Source: a virus
Taxonomy: Duplodnaviria > Caudoviricetes
Strand: one strand, 5' to 3'
Virus record (IMG/VR): IMGVR_UViG_3300035670_000009
Coordinates: 32,001 to 96,000 of that record
Length of the DNA: 64,000 nucleotides
Shown in pieces: positions 63,732-64,000 of the stretch. How positions within the stretch are numbered: the first letter of the stretch is position 1; each line of letters starts with the position of its first letter. A model generated the notes under the pieces. It was not told the DNA's origin. It was given only the letters and a program-made list of their open reading frames with translations, and did no database searches. The position numbers were made by a program, and so were the translations under genes.

Positions 63732-64000
63732 TCACACCTGCATGACCCGACGGCGTCTCACGGCGCCAAAATCAACCACCGCTCGGGCCAGGTGCGTTGT
63801 CACCGCTGACGGCGCTGCCGTCTCCGGCGCGGTTGACCTGACGACTCGTTGTTCTGTTCGCGGAATGAAACCGGCAGAACGAATTACATATGACAAGTTG
63901 TCTCCCGCAGAATGATAACCTTCGTCTAAATACACAACGAACAGCTCAAGCAAAGCACAAGGCAATTTAACAATGTTGTCTGCCGGGCACAGAATTCGTG
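63732..64000 (-). CDS. Hypothetical protein, 5'-truncated by the window edge
   Basis: Frame of the 63732..63965 ORF stays open to 64000; converges on terL. Confidence 0.5.
   Translation of the reverse strand, partial: RILCPADNIVKLPCALLELFVVYLDEGYHSAGDNLSYVIRSAGFIPRTEQRVVRSTAPETAAPSAVTTHLARAVVDFGAVRRRRVMQV

Noticed and set aside
1-64000. CRISPR array, GGY/NN-type tandem array or TIGR-like array to accompany the RAMP and Nop-like genes
   Set aside because: I inspected all intergenic gaps by eye and saw no regularly interspaced or 5-nt-periodic repeat. One may lie outside the window.
1-64000. Stop-codon reassignment, as seen in some large phages
   Set aside because: Core genes are intact under the standard code and TAA, TAG and TGA all terminate genes.

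Overview
A 64-kb segment of a large tailed dsDNA phage genome. It is GC-rich (roughly 57-60% by eye), uses the standard genetic code and is gene-dense with overlapping start/stop codons. Every credible gene is on the minus strand except the large terminase near the right end. Planctomycete-type DNA-binding proteins, secreted proteins and a Ycf46/DUF1257/DUF2997 cluster suggest a Planctomycetota host (inference). Content: putative portal and terminase; a replication/recombination block (RuvC, RecA/UvsX, putative SSB, UDG-PolA fusion, DnaG, DnaB, intein-containing SF2 helicase, SbcCD, DEDD exonuclease); an ADP-heptose/glycosylation set (HldE, HldD, about five glycosyltransferases); a dNTP pyrophosphohydrolase; an atypical tRNA-Thr; and many accessory ORFs. 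The most unusual signal is an AT-rich 12-bp palindrome, AWAGATATCTWT, with 13 exact copies plus near-copies spaced about every 2.5-8 kb. It occurs in all three reading frames of coding genes and right after stop codons, which suggests a genome-wide protein-binding grid. Also notable: a stand-alone Cas7-like RAMP gene and an IS110/Nop-like gene inside the replication operon, with no CRISPR or other guide array visible in the window, and two highly structured intergenic RNA candidates, one ending in a tRNA-like domain that lacks an anticodon arm. All family assignments come from motif recognition by eye; no searches were run.
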